This document shows positions 30,059 through 39,361 of a stretch of 64,000 nt of DNA, piece by piece. Position 1 is the stretch's first letter; the number at the start of each line of letters is the position of its first letter. Under the pieces are notes generated by a model. It saw nothing but the letters and a program-made list of their open reading frames with translations. It made no database searches and had not been told where the DNA came from. Origin of the DNA: Escherichia coli (GTDB lineage Bacteria > Pseudomonadota > Gammaproteobacteria > Enterobacterales > Enterobacteriaceae); the NCBI RefSeq assembly GCF_044324785.1, contig NZ_CP172129.1. One strand, given 5' to 3'. Made by a program: the position numbers and the translations under genes.

Positions 30059-30880
30059 ATGCGATTAGCTTCCCGTTTTGGTCGGTATAATTCCATCCGC
30101 CGTGAACGTCCTTTAACGGATGATGAATTAATGCAGTTTGTGCCTTCGGTGTTTTCCGGTGATAAACATGAGTCCCGGAGTGAACGTTATACGTATATTC
30201 CAACAATCAATATCATCAATAAGTTACGTGATGAAGGTTTCCAGCCATTCTTTGCCTGTCAGAGTCGGGTTCGTGATTTGGGACGTCGCGAATACAGTAA
30301 ACATATGTTACGTCTTCGCAGGGAAGGGCATATTAACGGGCAGGAAGTTCCTGAAATTATCCTGCTTAATTCACATGATGGTTCATCCAGTTATCAGATG
30401 ATCCCCGGAATTTTTCGTTTTGTCTGCACAAATGGCCTGGTGTGCGGAAATAATTTTGGCGAAATCCGCGTTCCACATAAAGGTGATATTGTCGGGCAGG
30501 TTATCGAGGGAGCGTATGAAGTGCTCGGTGTCTTTGATAAGGTCACTGATAATATGGAGGCGATGAAAGAAATTCATCTTAACAGTGACGAGCAACATTT
30601 ATTTGGCAGAGCTGCACTGATGGTCAGGTATGAAGATGAAAATAAAACGCCGGTGACGCCTGAACAGATAATTACTCCCCGTCGTCGGGAGGATAAACAG
30701 AACGATCTCTGGACAACCTGGCAGCGGGTTCAGGAGAATATGATAAAAGGTGGATTATCGGGGCGAAGTGCCTCCGGGAAAAATACCAGGACAAGAGCCA
30801 TTACAGGTATTGATGGTGATATAAGAATCAACAAAGCATTATGGATGATTGCCGAACAGTTCAGGGAGTGGAAGTCGTGA
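30059..30880 (+). CDS. DUF932-like leading-region protein (273 aa)
   Basis: The ATG at 30059 follows AAAGGAG. MRLASRFGRYNSIRRERPLTDDELMQFVPSVFSGDKHESRSERYTYIPT... matches my memory of the YubP/YfjQ-type DUF932 family. Confidence 0.75.
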   Translation: MRLASRFGRYNSIRRERPLTDDELMQFVPSVFSGDKHESRSERYTYIPTINIINKLRDEGFQPFFACQSRVRDLGRREYSKHMLRLRREGHINGQEVPEIILLNSHDGSSSYQMIPGIFRFVCTNGLVCGNNFGEIRVPHKGDIVGQVIEGAYEVLGVFDKVTDNMEAMKEIHLNSDEQHLFGRAALMVRYEDENKTPVTPEQIITPRRREDKQNDLWTTWQRVQENMIKGGLSGRSASGKNTRTRAITGIDGDIRINKALWMIAEQFREWKS

Positions 30881-30890
30881 TAATATAGGT

Positions 30891-30917
30891 AAAGCCCCGA
30901 AAAATTTTCGGGGCTTT
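30891..30917. terminator. Bidirectional Rho-independent terminator
   Basis: Palindrome aaagccccgaaaaattttcggggcttt with A/T runs on both sides, 11 nt after the stop. Confidence 0.75.
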
Positions 30918-31175
30918 ACTTATATTGTCATCCTTCGGCATTGCTATGTCGTCTGATATGCCTCAATTTCATCAACTGGCTTTTCGGTAGTCTGTAAATA
31001 TTGTGCCCGCGAAAAATGGTCTGGCAGGAGGCTACGCAGTTACCGGATATATATAATATGGGTTCCCGCTTTGCGGGGCTTCGGCCAGTCAGCATTATCA
31101 CTCATATGATATTTTTGTGTGTGGCCTTCCATGCCGCTGTCGCGGCATAACCGGTATTTGACAATGTATACAATA

Positions 31176-31685
31176 TTAATTGTTCTGCACACTGTTCATT
31201 TGGGAAAGTGATTTCTTCGTGGTCGGAACCCGGATACCTTTACTGCTTTTTATCCCGGTATAAATCCGGTAAACATCTGATGCGTAGGCAAGACGCCTCT
31301 GGTTCTGGCGTTCGGTTTTCCTGAATCCGGCATTGTATGCACCAACGGCCTCCCAGGTGACGCCCCATTTTTTAAATGCTATTGCCAGATAATAAGCACC
31401 GGTATAAATGTTCATGCAGGGATCTGTTGTCATATGTTCCGGCTTAATTCCGTAGCGGGCCAGTTCGTTAAAATGCTGGGAATCTACCTGCATCAGTCCG
31501 CTGCCATATCCCGTTACCGGATTAATACCGATGGCATTAACCCGGTAACGGGATTCTTGCCATGATATTGCTCTCAGTAAATCAGGATCTATTTTGTAAT
31601 CCCTGCCTGCAAGATCAAAGCAATCAGTGGCCAGACAGATCTCATTTATAAACATCAGGCAGATGGCTAACATCCATTTTTTCAT
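31176..31685 (-). CDS. Lytic transglycosylase orf169 (gene X / P19 family)
   Basis: 169 aa with a signal peptide and an SLT-domain motif (AISWQESRY...GLMQV). The first gene next to oriT on the leading side, as in F. Confidence 0.9.
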   Translation of the reverse strand: MKKWMLAICLMFINEICLATDCFDLAGRDYKIDPDLLRAISWQESRYRVNAIGINPVTGYGSGLMQVDSQHFNELARYGIKPEHMTTDPCMNIYTGAYYLAIAFKKWGVTWEAVGAYNAGFRKTERQNQRRLAYASDVYRIYTGIKSSKGIRVPTTKKSLSQMNSVQNN

Positions 31686-31699
31686 TTTTCCACCTCTGG

Positions 31700-32090
31700 T
31701 GACTTTATCCGTAAATAATTTAACTCACTCCACAAAAAGGCTCAACAGGTTGGTGGTTCTCACCACCAAAAGCACCACACCCCACGCAAAAACAAGTTTT
31801 TGCTGATTTTTCTTTATAAATAGAGTGTTATGAAAAATTAGTTTCTCTTACTCTCTTTATGATATTTAAAAAAGCGGTGTCGGCGCGGCTACAACAACGC
31901 GCCGACACCGTTTTGTAGGGGTGGTACTGACTATTTTTATAAAAAACATTATTTTATATTAGGGGGGGCTGCTAGCGGCGCGGTGTGTTTTTTTATAGGA
32001 TACCGCTAGGGGCGCTGCTAGCGGTGCGTCCCTGTTTGCATTATGAATTTTAGTGTTTCGAAATTAACTTTATTTTATGTTCAAAAAAGG
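31700..32090 (-). other. oriT: F-type oriT region. It includes the nic region, an inverted repeat at 31748-31769, a TraM-site palindrome at 31875-31887/31898-31910, and GCTGCTAGCGG repeats upstream of traM.
   Basis: The minus strand reads TTTGCGTGGGGTGTGGTGCTTTTGGTGGTGAGAACCACCAACCTGTTGAGCC, the remembered F oriT nic region. Also present are the 13-bp perfect palindrome cggtgtcggcgcg/cgcgccgacaccg and two ctgctagcgg motifs. Confidence 0.9.
31776..31777 (-). other. nic: nic site (between these two positions on the minus strand, GGGGTGT^GGTGCTTT)
   Basis: Placement follows the remembered F relaxase cleavage sequence. The 5' end generated leads toward decreasing coordinates, into the leading region. 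Confidence 0.8.
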
Positions 32091-32099
32091 TAATCTCTA

Positions 32100-32483
32100 A
32101 TGGCTAAGGTGAACCTGTATATCAGCAATGATGCCTATGAAAAAATAAATGCGATTATTGAGAAGCGTCGACAGGAAGGGGCAAGGGAAAAAGATGTCAG
32201 TTTTTCAGCAACAGCTTCAATGCTTCTTGAACTGGGGCTTCGTGTACATGAGGCTCAGATGGAGCGTAAAGAGTCTGCATTTAATCAGACTGAGTTTAAT
32301 AAATTGCTTCTTGAATGCGTTGTAAAAACACAATCATCAGTAGCGAAAATTTTGGGTATTGAGTCTCTCAGTCCTCATGTCTCCGGAAATCCAAAGTTTG
32401 AATATGCCAATATGGTTGAAGATATCAGGGAGAAGGTATCATCTGAGATGGAACGATTTTTTCCAAAAAATGATGATGAATAA
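32100..32483 (+). CDS. traM: Relaxosome accessory protein TraM
   Basis: 127 aa MAKVNLYISNDAYEKINAIIEKRRQEGAREKDVSFSATASMLLELGLRVHEAQ... recognised as F TraM. Confidence 0.96.
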   Translation: MAKVNLYISNDAYEKINAIIEKRRQEGAREKDVSFSATASMLLELGLRVHEAQMERKESAFNQTEFNKLLLECVVKTQSSVAKILGIESLSPHVSGNPKFEYANMVEDIREKVSSEMERFFPKNDDE

Positions 32484-32597
32484 AAGAAATTTGACTTCGT
32501 TCAAATATCAGAGTTTTTATGATTTAAAAAGGTGACAGTACGAAAGATAATTAGTATATTAATTACGTGGTTAATGCCACGTTAAAATTTGAAATTG

Positions 32598-32676
32598 AAA
32601 ATCGCCGATGCAGGGAGACGTGAACTCCCTGCATCGACTGTCCATAGAATCCTTTGTGAGGAGGTTCCTATGTATC
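32598..32676 (-). ncRNA. finP: FinP antisense RNA (79 nt)
   Basis: The reverse complement reads GATACATAGGAACCTCCTCACAAAGGATTCTATGGACAGTCGATGCAGGGAGTTCACGTCTCCCTGCATCGGCGATTTT. It has two stem-loops and a U-tail and is complementary to the traJ RBS and start. Confidence 0.85.
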
Positions 32677-33359
32677 CGATGGATCGTATTCAACAAAAAC
32701 ATGCTCGTCAAATAGATCTGCTGGAAAATCTGACGGCAGTTATTCAGGATTATCCAAATCCAGCCTGTATCAGGGACGAAACTGGAAAATTTATTTTTTG
32801 CAATACGCTGTTTCATGAGTCATTTCTTACACAAGATCAAAGTGCTGAAAAATGGCTTCTGTCGCAGAGAGATTTTTGTGAATTGATCTCTGTCACAGAG
32901 ATGGAAGCATATAGGAATGAGCATACGCATCTTAATCTTGTAGAGGATGTTTTTATTCAGAACAGATTCTGGACAATATCTGTCCAGTCATTTCTTAATG
33001 GACACAGAAATATTATTCTGTGGCAATTTTATGATGCTGCTCATGTTCGTCATAAAGACAGTTATAATCAAAAAACGATTGTCAGTGATGATATCAGAAA
33101 TATAATCAGAAGAATGAGTGATGATTCTTCTGTATCATCATATGTAAATGATGTCTTTTACTTATATAGCACCGGAATCAGTCATAATGCTATAGCAAGA
33201 ATATTAAATATATCCATCTCCACATCAAAGAAACACGCATCTCTGATATGCGACTACTTCTCTGTTTCTAATAAAGATGAGTTAATTATCTTACTCTACA
33301 ATAAAAAGTTTATTTATTATTTATACGAGAAAGCTATGTGTATCATAAATACGCGTTAA
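32670..33359 (+). CDS. traJ: Transfer activator TraJ (229 aa)
   Basis: MYPMDRIQQKHARQIDLLENLTAVIQDYPNPACIRDETGKF..., F-type TraJ, with SD GAGGAGG upstream. The track ORF extends upstream into the leader. Confidence 0.95.
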   Translation: MYPMDRIQQKHARQIDLLENLTAVIQDYPNPACIRDETGKFIFCNTLFHESFLTQDQSAEKWLLSQRDFCELISVTEMEAYRNEHTHLNLVEDVFIQNRFWTISVQSFLNGHRNIILWQFYDAAHVRHKDSYNQKTIVSDDIRNIIRRMSDDSSVSSYVNDVFYLYSTGISHNAIARILNISISTSKKHASLICDYFSVSNKDELIILLYNKKFIYYLYEKAMCIINTR

Positions 33360-33457
33360 TAAGGTGTTAATAAAATATAGACTTTCCGTCTATTTACCTT
33401 TTCTGATTATTCTGCAAACATAAGTGGTAACCAGAAGATAAACAGCGGGAGGTGTTA

Positions 33458-33853
33458 TTGAAAAGATTTGGTACACGTTCTGCAACAGGTAAGATGGTAA
33501 AACTAAAATTACCTGTAGATGTGGAAAGTCTATTAATTGAGGCAAGTAACAGAAGCGGAAGAAGTCGATCGTTTGAGGCAGTAATAAGACTTAAAGATCA
33601 TCTTCACCGCTATCCAAAGTTTAACAGGGCAGGGAATATCTATGGTAAGTCGCTGGTTAAGTATCTGACAATGCGTCTGGATGATGAAACTAACCAGCTA
33701 CTTATTGCAGCCAAAAATCGTAGTGGATGGTGTAAAACAGATGAGGCTGCAGACAGAGTTATTGATCATTTGATCAAGTTTCCTGATTTTTATAACTCGG
33801 AGATATTCAGGGAGGCAGATAAAGAGGAAGATATAACATTTAATACACTCTAG
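33458..33853 (+). CDS. traY: Relaxosome protein TraY (131 aa, TTG start)
   Basis: (M)KRFGTRSATGKMVKLKLPVDVESLLIEASNRSGRSRSFEAV... GGGAGG lies 5 nt upstream of the TTG at 33458. Confidence 0.93.
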   Translation: MKRFGTRSATGKMVKLKLPVDVESLLIEASNRSGRSRSFEAVIRLKDHLHRYPKFNRAGNIYGKSLVKYLTMRLDDETNQLLIAAKNRSGWCKTDEAADRVIDHLIKFPDFYNSEIFREADKEEDITFNTL

Positions 33854-33885
33854 TTTTATTCATTTATCCGAAATTGAGGTAACTT

Positions 33886-34251
33886 ATGAATGCTGTTTTA
33901 AGTGTTCAGGGTGCTTCTGCGCCCGTCAAAAAGAAGTCGTTTTTTTCCAAATTCACTCGTCTGAATATGCTTCGCCTGGCTCGCGCAGTGATCCCGGCTG
34001 CTGTTCTGATGATGTTCTTCCCGCAGCTGGCGATGGCCGCCGGCAGCAGTGGTCAGGACCTGATGGCAAGCGGTAACACCACGGTTAAGGCGACCTTCGG
34101 TAAGGACTCCAGTGTTGTTAAATGGGTTGTTCTGGCTGAAGTTCTGGTCGGTGCTGTCATGTACATGATGACCAAAAACGTCAAGTTCCTGGCCGGTTTT
34201 GCCATCATCTCTGTATTTATTGCTGTGGGTATGGCCGTCGTTGGCCTCTGA
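33886..34251 (+). CDS. traA: F propilin TraA
   Basis: 121 aa with leader ...FFPQLAMA, then [25 protein letters not shown]... identical to remembered F pilin. Confidence 0.97.
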
Positions 34252-34265
34252 CAGGAAATAAAACG

Positions 34266-34577
34266 ATGTCGGGAGACGAGAATAAACTTAAGAAATATCG
34301 TTTCCCGGAAACACTGACCAACCAGAGCCGCTGGTTTGGCCTGCCACTGGATGAACTGATCCCCGCAGCAATCTGTATTGGCTGGGGTATCACAACATCG
34401 AAATATCTGTTCGGTATTGGTGCAGCGGTTCTGGTTTATTTCGGGATTAAAAAACTGAAAAAAGGGCGGGGCAGTTCCTGGTTACGTGACCTGATTTACT
34501 GGTATATGCCAACAGCCCTGCTGCGCGGTATTTTTCATAATGTTCCCGATTCGTGTTTCCGGCAGTGGATTAAATAG
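34266..34577 (+). CDS. traL: TraL
   Basis: Position and sequence are typical of F TraL (VirB3-like). Confidence 0.9.
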
Positions 34578-34598
34578 AACTGATACCAGGATTGTTAT

Positions 34599-35165
34599 AT
34601 GGAACACGGTGCCCGTTTAAGTACCAGTCGTGTAATGGCCATCGCCTTTATATTTATGTCAGTGCTTATTGTTCTCAGCCTCTCTGTTAACGTCATTCAG
34701 GGGATGAATAACTACCGTCTTCAGAATGAGCAACGCACTGCCGTGACGCCAATGGCATTTAATGCCCCCTTTGCCGTGTCACAGAACAGTGCCGACGCCT
34801 CTTATTTACAGCAGATGGCGCTGTCATTTATTGCCCTCCGTCTGAATGTTTCATCAGAAACCGTCGATGCCTCACATCAGGCGCTTCTGCAATATATCCG
34901 CCCGGGCGCACAGAACCAGATGAAAGTTATTCTGGCTGAAGAAGCGAAGCGTATTAAAAACGATAACGTGAACTCAGCCTTTTTCCAGACCAGTGTTCGT
35001 GTCTGGCCTCAGTATGGCCGTGTGGAAATTCGAGGTGTGCTTAAAACCTGGATTGGTGATTCAAAACCTTTCACTGATATCAAACATTACATCCTTATTC
35101 TGAAGCGGGAAAACGGGGTGACCTGGCTGGATAATTTCGGGGAAACAGACGATGAGAAAAAATAA
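34599..35165 (+). CDS. traE: TraE
   Basis: 188 aa with an N-terminal TM segment, in F gene order. Confidence 0.93.
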   Translation: MEHGARLSTSRVMAIAFIFMSVLIVLSLSVNVIQGMNNYRLQNEQRTAVTPMAFNAPFAVSQNSADASYLQQMALSFIALRLNVSSETVDASHQALLQYIRPGAQNQMKVILAEEAKRIKNDNVNSAFFQTSVRVWPQYGRVEIRGVLKTWIGDSKPFTDIKHYILILKRENGVTWLDNFGETDDEKK

Positions 35166-35880
35166 TACGGCAATAATATTCGGCAGCCTGTTTTTTTCCT
35201 GCAGCGTGATGGCCGCAAACGGTACGCTGGCCCCCACCGTGGTGCCAATGGTGAACGGTGGTCAGGCCAGTATTGCCATCAGCAATACCAGCCCGAATCT
35301 GTTTACCGTTCCCGGTGATCGGATTATCGCCGTGAACAGTCTGGATGGTGCCCTGACCAATAATGAGCAGACCGCCTCCGGCGGTGTGGTGGTTGCCACC
35401 GTCAACAAAAAGCCCTTTACGTTCATTCTGGAAACAGAACGTGGTCTGAATCTTTCCATTCAGGCCGTTCCCCGTGAAGGCGCGGGGCGTACCATTCAGC
35501 TGGTCAGTGACCTGCGCGGAACCGGAGAAGAAGCCGGTGCGTGGGAAACGTCCACGCCTTACGAATCCCTGCTTGTGACCATCAGCCAGGCCGTCCGTGG
35601 CGGAAAATTACCCGCAGGCTGGTATCAGGTCCCAGTGACAAAGGAAACCCTGCAGGCCCCGGCGGGGCTGTCTTCAGTGGCAGATGCCGTATGGACGGGG
35701 AATCACCTGAAGATGGTCCGCTTTGCCGTGGAAAATAAAACGCTGTCTGCCCTGAATATCCGGGAAAGTGACTTCTGGCAGCCGGGAACCCGTGCCGTGA
35801 TGTTCAGCCAGCCTGCCAGCCAGTTACTGGCAGGTGCGCGCATGGATGTGTATGTCATCCGTGACGGGGAGGGCAACTGA
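35152..35880 (+). CDS. traK: TraK (secretin-like, VirB9 analogue)
   Basis: 242 aa with a signal peptide, in F gene order. Confidence 0.93.
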   Translation: MRKNNTAIIFGSLFFSCSVMAANGTLAPTVVPMVNGGQASIAISNTSPNLFTVPGDRIIAVNSLDGALTNNEQTASGGVVVATVNKKPFTFILETERGLNLSIQAVPREGAGRTIQLVSDLRGTGEEAGAWETSTPYESLLVTISQAVRGGKLPAGWYQVPVTKETLQAPAGLSSVADAVWTGNHLKMVRFAVENKTLSALNIRESDFWQPGTRAVMFSQPASQLLAGARMDVYVIRDGEGN

Positions 35881-37307
35881 TGGCCAGTATCAATACCATT
35901 GTGAAACGCAAGCAGTACCTGTGGCTGGGGATTGTGGTTGTCGGTACAGCCTCCGCGATTGGTGGGGCACTGTATCTGTCTGATGTGGACATGTCCGGTA
36001 ACGGTGAAACCGTGGCTGAACAGGAGCCTGTGCCGGATATGACCGGTGTGGTGGATACGACCTTTGATGACAAGGTGCGTCAGCATGCCACCACCGAGAT
36101 GCAGGTGACGGCAGCGCAGATGCAGAAGCAGTATGAGGAAATCCGTCGTGAGCTGGATGTTCTGAACAAACAGCGCGGTGATGACCAGCGTCGTATTGAA
36201 AAGTTGGGACAGGACAATGCCGCCCTGGCAGAGCAGGTAAAAGCCCTGGGTGCTAATCCCGTCACGGCGACCGGTGAGCCTGTACCGCAGATGCCTGCCT
36301 CACCGCCCGGCCCGGAAGGCGAACCACAGCCAGGAAACACCCCCGTATCCTTCCCGCCGCAGGGCAGCGTTGCTGTTCCACCGCCGACGGCGTTTTATCC
36401 CGGGAATGGTGTCACGCCACCACCACAGGTGACGTACCAGTCTGTGCCGGTGCCTAACCGGATACAGCGTAAGGTGTTTACCCGTAATGAGGGAAAACAG
36501 GGACCATCACTGCCGTACATTCCGTCAGGAAGTTTTGCGAAAGCCATGCTGATTGAAGGGGCGGATGCCAATGCCTCTGTCACCGGTAATGAATCCACGG
36601 TGCCGATGCAGCTGCGTATCACCGGCCTGGTGGAAATGCCGAACAGCAAGACGTATGACGCAACGGGATGTTTTGTGGGTCTGGAAGCCTGGGGGGATGT
36701 GTCCAGTGAGCGTGCCATTGTACGCACCCGCAATATCAGTTGCCTGAAGGACGGCAAAACTATTGATATGCCGATTAAGGGGCATGTCAGCTTCCGGGGT
36801 AAAAACGGTATCAAGGGCGAAGTGGTGATGCGTAACGGCAAAATCCTCGGCTGGGCATGGGGCGCGGGATTTGTTGACGGTATTGGTCAGGGAATGGAGC
36901 GCGCCTCCCAGCCGGCTGTCGGGCTGGGTGCCACAGCCGCTTACGGGGCTGGTGATGTCCTGAAAATGGGTATCGGTGGCGGCGCATCGAAAGCCGCACA
37001 GACGCTCAGTGACTACTACATCAAACGTGCCGAACAGTATCACCCGGTGATACCGATTGGTGCGGGCAACGAAGTGACCGTGGTGTTCCAGGACGGCTTC
37101 CAGCTGAAAACCGTGGAAGAGATGGCGCTGGAACGCACGCAGAGCAGAGCGGAAGAAGACAATCCGGAAAGTCCGGTTCCTGTTCCGCCATCGGCTGAAA
37201 GTCATCTTAACGGCTTTAATACTGACCAGATGCTGAAGCAGCTGGGCAACCTGAATCCGCAGCAGTTTATGTCCGGCAGCCAGGGAGGGGGCAACGATGG
37301 CAAATAA
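35880..37307 (+). CDS. traB: TraB (VirB10 analogue)
   Basis: 475 aa with an N-terminal TM segment, a coiled coil and a Pro-rich linker. Confidence 0.95.
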   Translation: MASINTIVKRKQYLWLGIVVVGTASAIGGALYLSDVDMSGNGETVAEQEPVPDMTGVVDTTFDDKVRQHATTEMQVTAAQMQKQYEEIRRELDVLNKQRGDDQRRIEKLGQDNAALAEQVKALGANPVTATGEPVPQMPASPPGPEGEPQPGNTPVSFPPQGSVAVPPPTAFYPGNGVTPPPQVTYQSVPVPNRIQRKVFTRNEGKQGPSLPYIPSGSFAKAMLIEGADANASVTGNESTVPMQLRITGLVEMPNSKTYDATGCFVGLEAWGDVSSERAIVRTRNISCLKDGKTIDMPIKGHVSFRGKNGIKGEVVMRNGKILGWAWGAGFVDGIGQGMERASQPAVGLGATAAYGAGDVLKMGIGGGASKAAQTLSDYYIKRAEQYHPVIPIGAGNEVTVVFQDGFQLKTVEEMALERTQSRAEEDNPESPVPVPPSAESHLNGFNTDQMLKQLGNLNPQQFMSGSQGGGNDGK

Positions 37308-37887
37308 TATGTCGTCCCGTCAGGCGTGCCATGCCGCCCGGTATGTTGTCGCCCGGGTTCTGCGAGGACTGTTCTGGTGTCTGAAGTACACCGTCATTCT
37401 GCCACTGGCCACAATGGCCCTGATGACTCTGTTTGTTTTATGGAAGGACAACACCACGCCGGGGAAATTACTGGTTAAGGAGATTAACTTCGTAAGACAA
37501 ACAGCACCTGCCGGACAGTTCCCGGTCAGTGAATGCTGGTTTTCTTCCTCTGATTCTTCAGGCAGATCAGAAATACAGGGTATCTGCCATTACCGCGCGG
37601 CTGATGCTGCAGATTATGTCAGGGAGACTGACCGGTCACTGATGCAACTGGTCACCGCATTATGGGCAACACTGGCACTGATGTATGTCTCGCTGGCAGC
37701 GATCACCGGGAAATATCCGGTGCGACCCGGAAAAATGAAATGTATCCGGGTGGTAACCGCAGATGAACATCTGAAGGAAGTTTATACGGAAGACGCTTCC
37801 CTGCCGGGAAAAATCAGGAAATGCCCTGTTTATCTTCCTGATGACAGAACAAACAGAAACAACGGAGATAAAAATGAACATGCGTAA
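37297..37887 (+). CDS. traP: TraP
   Basis: 196 aa, in F gene order. Confidence 0.88.
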   Translation: MANNMSSRQACHAARYVVARVLRGLFWCLKYTVILPLATMALMTLFVLWKDNTTPGKLLVKEINFVRQTAPAGQFPVSECWFSSSDSSGRSEIQGICHYRAADAADYVRETDRSLMQLVTALWATLALMYVSLAAITGKYPVRPGKMKCIRVVTADEHLKEVYTEDASLPGKIRKCPVYLPDDRTNRNNGDKNEHA

Positions 37888-38071
37888 TATTAATGTTATT
37901 ACAGCCCTCTCTGTGCCGGGTAAAACCGTGTCAGATGATTTTATGCATGCTGTTCTCAGTAACTGCGCCACAAGAATCGTACTTCCTGCACCGGAGAAAT
38001 TCGGTTCTGAGTCATTGCCGGACAATTTTAATATGACTGCTGTCGGTGTGATGAAGAATTCAGAAATATAA
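37874..38071 (+). CDS. trbD: TrbD (65 aa)
   Basis: MNMRNINVITALSVPGKTVSDDFMHAVLSNCATRIVLPAPEKFGSESLPDNFNMTAVGVMKNSEI. The 65-aa length from the ATG at 37874 agrees with remembered F TrbD. Confidence 0.7.
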   Translation: MNMRNINVITALSVPGKTVSDDFMHAVLSNCATRIVLPAPEKFGSESLPDNFNMTAVGVMKNSEI

Positions 38072-38082
38072 GGAACCCTTCG

Positions 38083-38334
38083 ATGAATAAGCTGGTTTCT
38101 GATGGCAGCGTCAAAAAAATAAATTATCCGGTGCTGTATGAGTCCGGAATAACACCTCCGTTATGTGAAGTCAGTGCACCAGAACCTGATGCGGGTGGGA
38201 AACGCATTGTGGCATATGTTTATAAATCATCACGGAGTACGGTTTTTGAAAATCCTGACATTGTAAAAACCTGTACGGTCAGGGATTTGAAGAAGGATTT
38301 TGTGAACTGCGATGAGAAAGGTGAGGGACAATGA
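38083..38334 (+). CDS. trbG: TrbG
   Basis: 83 aa, in F gene order. Confidence 0.85.
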   Translation: MNKLVSDGSVKKINYPVLYESGITPPLCEVSAPEPDAGGKRIVAYVYKSSRSTVFENPDIVKTCTVRDLKKDFVNCDEKGEGQ

Positions 38335-38846
38335 AACAGATTTCTTTCTTTATTCCTCTGCTGGGGACCTTATTACTTTCCGGCTGTGCCGGAACCAGTA
38401 CGGAATTTGAGTGTAACGCCACCACATCCGATACCTGTATGACGATGGAGCAGGCCAATGAGAAGGCCAAAAAACTGGAGCGGTCCTCAGAAGCAAAGCC
38501 GGTTGCGGCATCACTGCCGCGCCTGGCTGAAGGGAACTTCCGGACAATGCCGGTGCAGACCGTCACCGCGACCACTCCGTCCGGCAGCAGACCTGCGGTG
38601 ACAGCACATCCGGAGCAGAAACTGCTGGCACCTCGCCCGCTGTTTACCGCTGCCCGGGAAGTGAAAACGGTTGTTCCGGTCAGTTCAGTTACGCCGGTAA
38701 CACCTCCTCGTCCGCTAAGAACGGGTGAGCAGACGGCAGCATTATGGATAGCGCCTTATATTGATAACCAGGATGTTTATCATCAGCCATCCAGCGTGTT
38801 TTTTGTTATTAAACCGTCTGCGTGGGGAAAACCACGTATTAATTAA
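38331..38846 (+). CDS. traV: Lipoprotein TraV
   Basis: 171 aa with lipobox LLLSGC. Confidence 0.93.
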   Translation: MKQISFFIPLLGTLLLSGCAGTSTEFECNATTSDTCMTMEQANEKAKKLERSSEAKPVAASLPRLAEGNFRTMPVQTVTATTPSGSRPAVTAHPEQKLLAPRPLFTAAREVKTVVPVSSVTPVTPPRPLRTGEQTAALWIAPYIDNQDVYHQPSSVFFVIKPSAWGKPRIN

Positions 38847-38980
38847 CTGGCCCTGAAGTTGTATATCAGCCGGCAATGCCGGCGGGCTTTCTGTATTCAA
38901 AATCTGCCTGTAAAACGAGTGCCCTGTGCGTGAAAAGGGATGGGCGGTAGCGTGTCAGAATATGTCGGGAGGAATATTCC

Positions 38981-39202
38981 GTGAGTGATGAAGCCGATGA
39001 AGCATATTCAGTGACAGAACAACTGACCATGACAGGAATAAACCGGATACGCCAGAAAATAAATGCTCATGGTATTCCTGTTTATCTCTGTGAAGCATGC
39101 GGAAATCCTATTCCGGAAGCCCGGCGGAAAATATTTCCCGGTGTGACGTTGTGCGTTGAATGTCAGGCGTATCAGGAAAGACAGAGAAAACATTATGCAT
39201 AA
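38981..39202 (+). CDS. traR: TraR (DksA-type zinc finger)
   Basis: 73 aa with a GTG start after GGGAGG. Contains CEACGNPIPEARRKIFPGVTLCVEC. Confidence 0.9.
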   Translation: MSDEADEAYSVTEQLTMTGINRIRQKINAHGIPVYLCEACGNPIPEARRKIFPGVTLCVECQAYQERQRKHYA

Positions 39203-39361
39203 GTCAGTCGCAGAACATAGTGATTTAATTCCGGATGAACATGAGTGGATATTCAGAAAACAGAAATCTTTGTATATGCGCCGGGAAATGGCGCGTTAAT
39301 TACAGGTATTCCCTTCATGGCTACCGCATTTCTCGCTTTATTTTTCAACTAAGGAATTCAT

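Noticed and set aside
36250-36440. A Pro-rich low-complexity segment in traB, with overlapping ORFs on both strands (35703-37205).
   Set aside because: The Pro-rich linker is a native feature of TraB/VirB10-type proteins. The other ORFs are antisense or out-of-frame artefacts.
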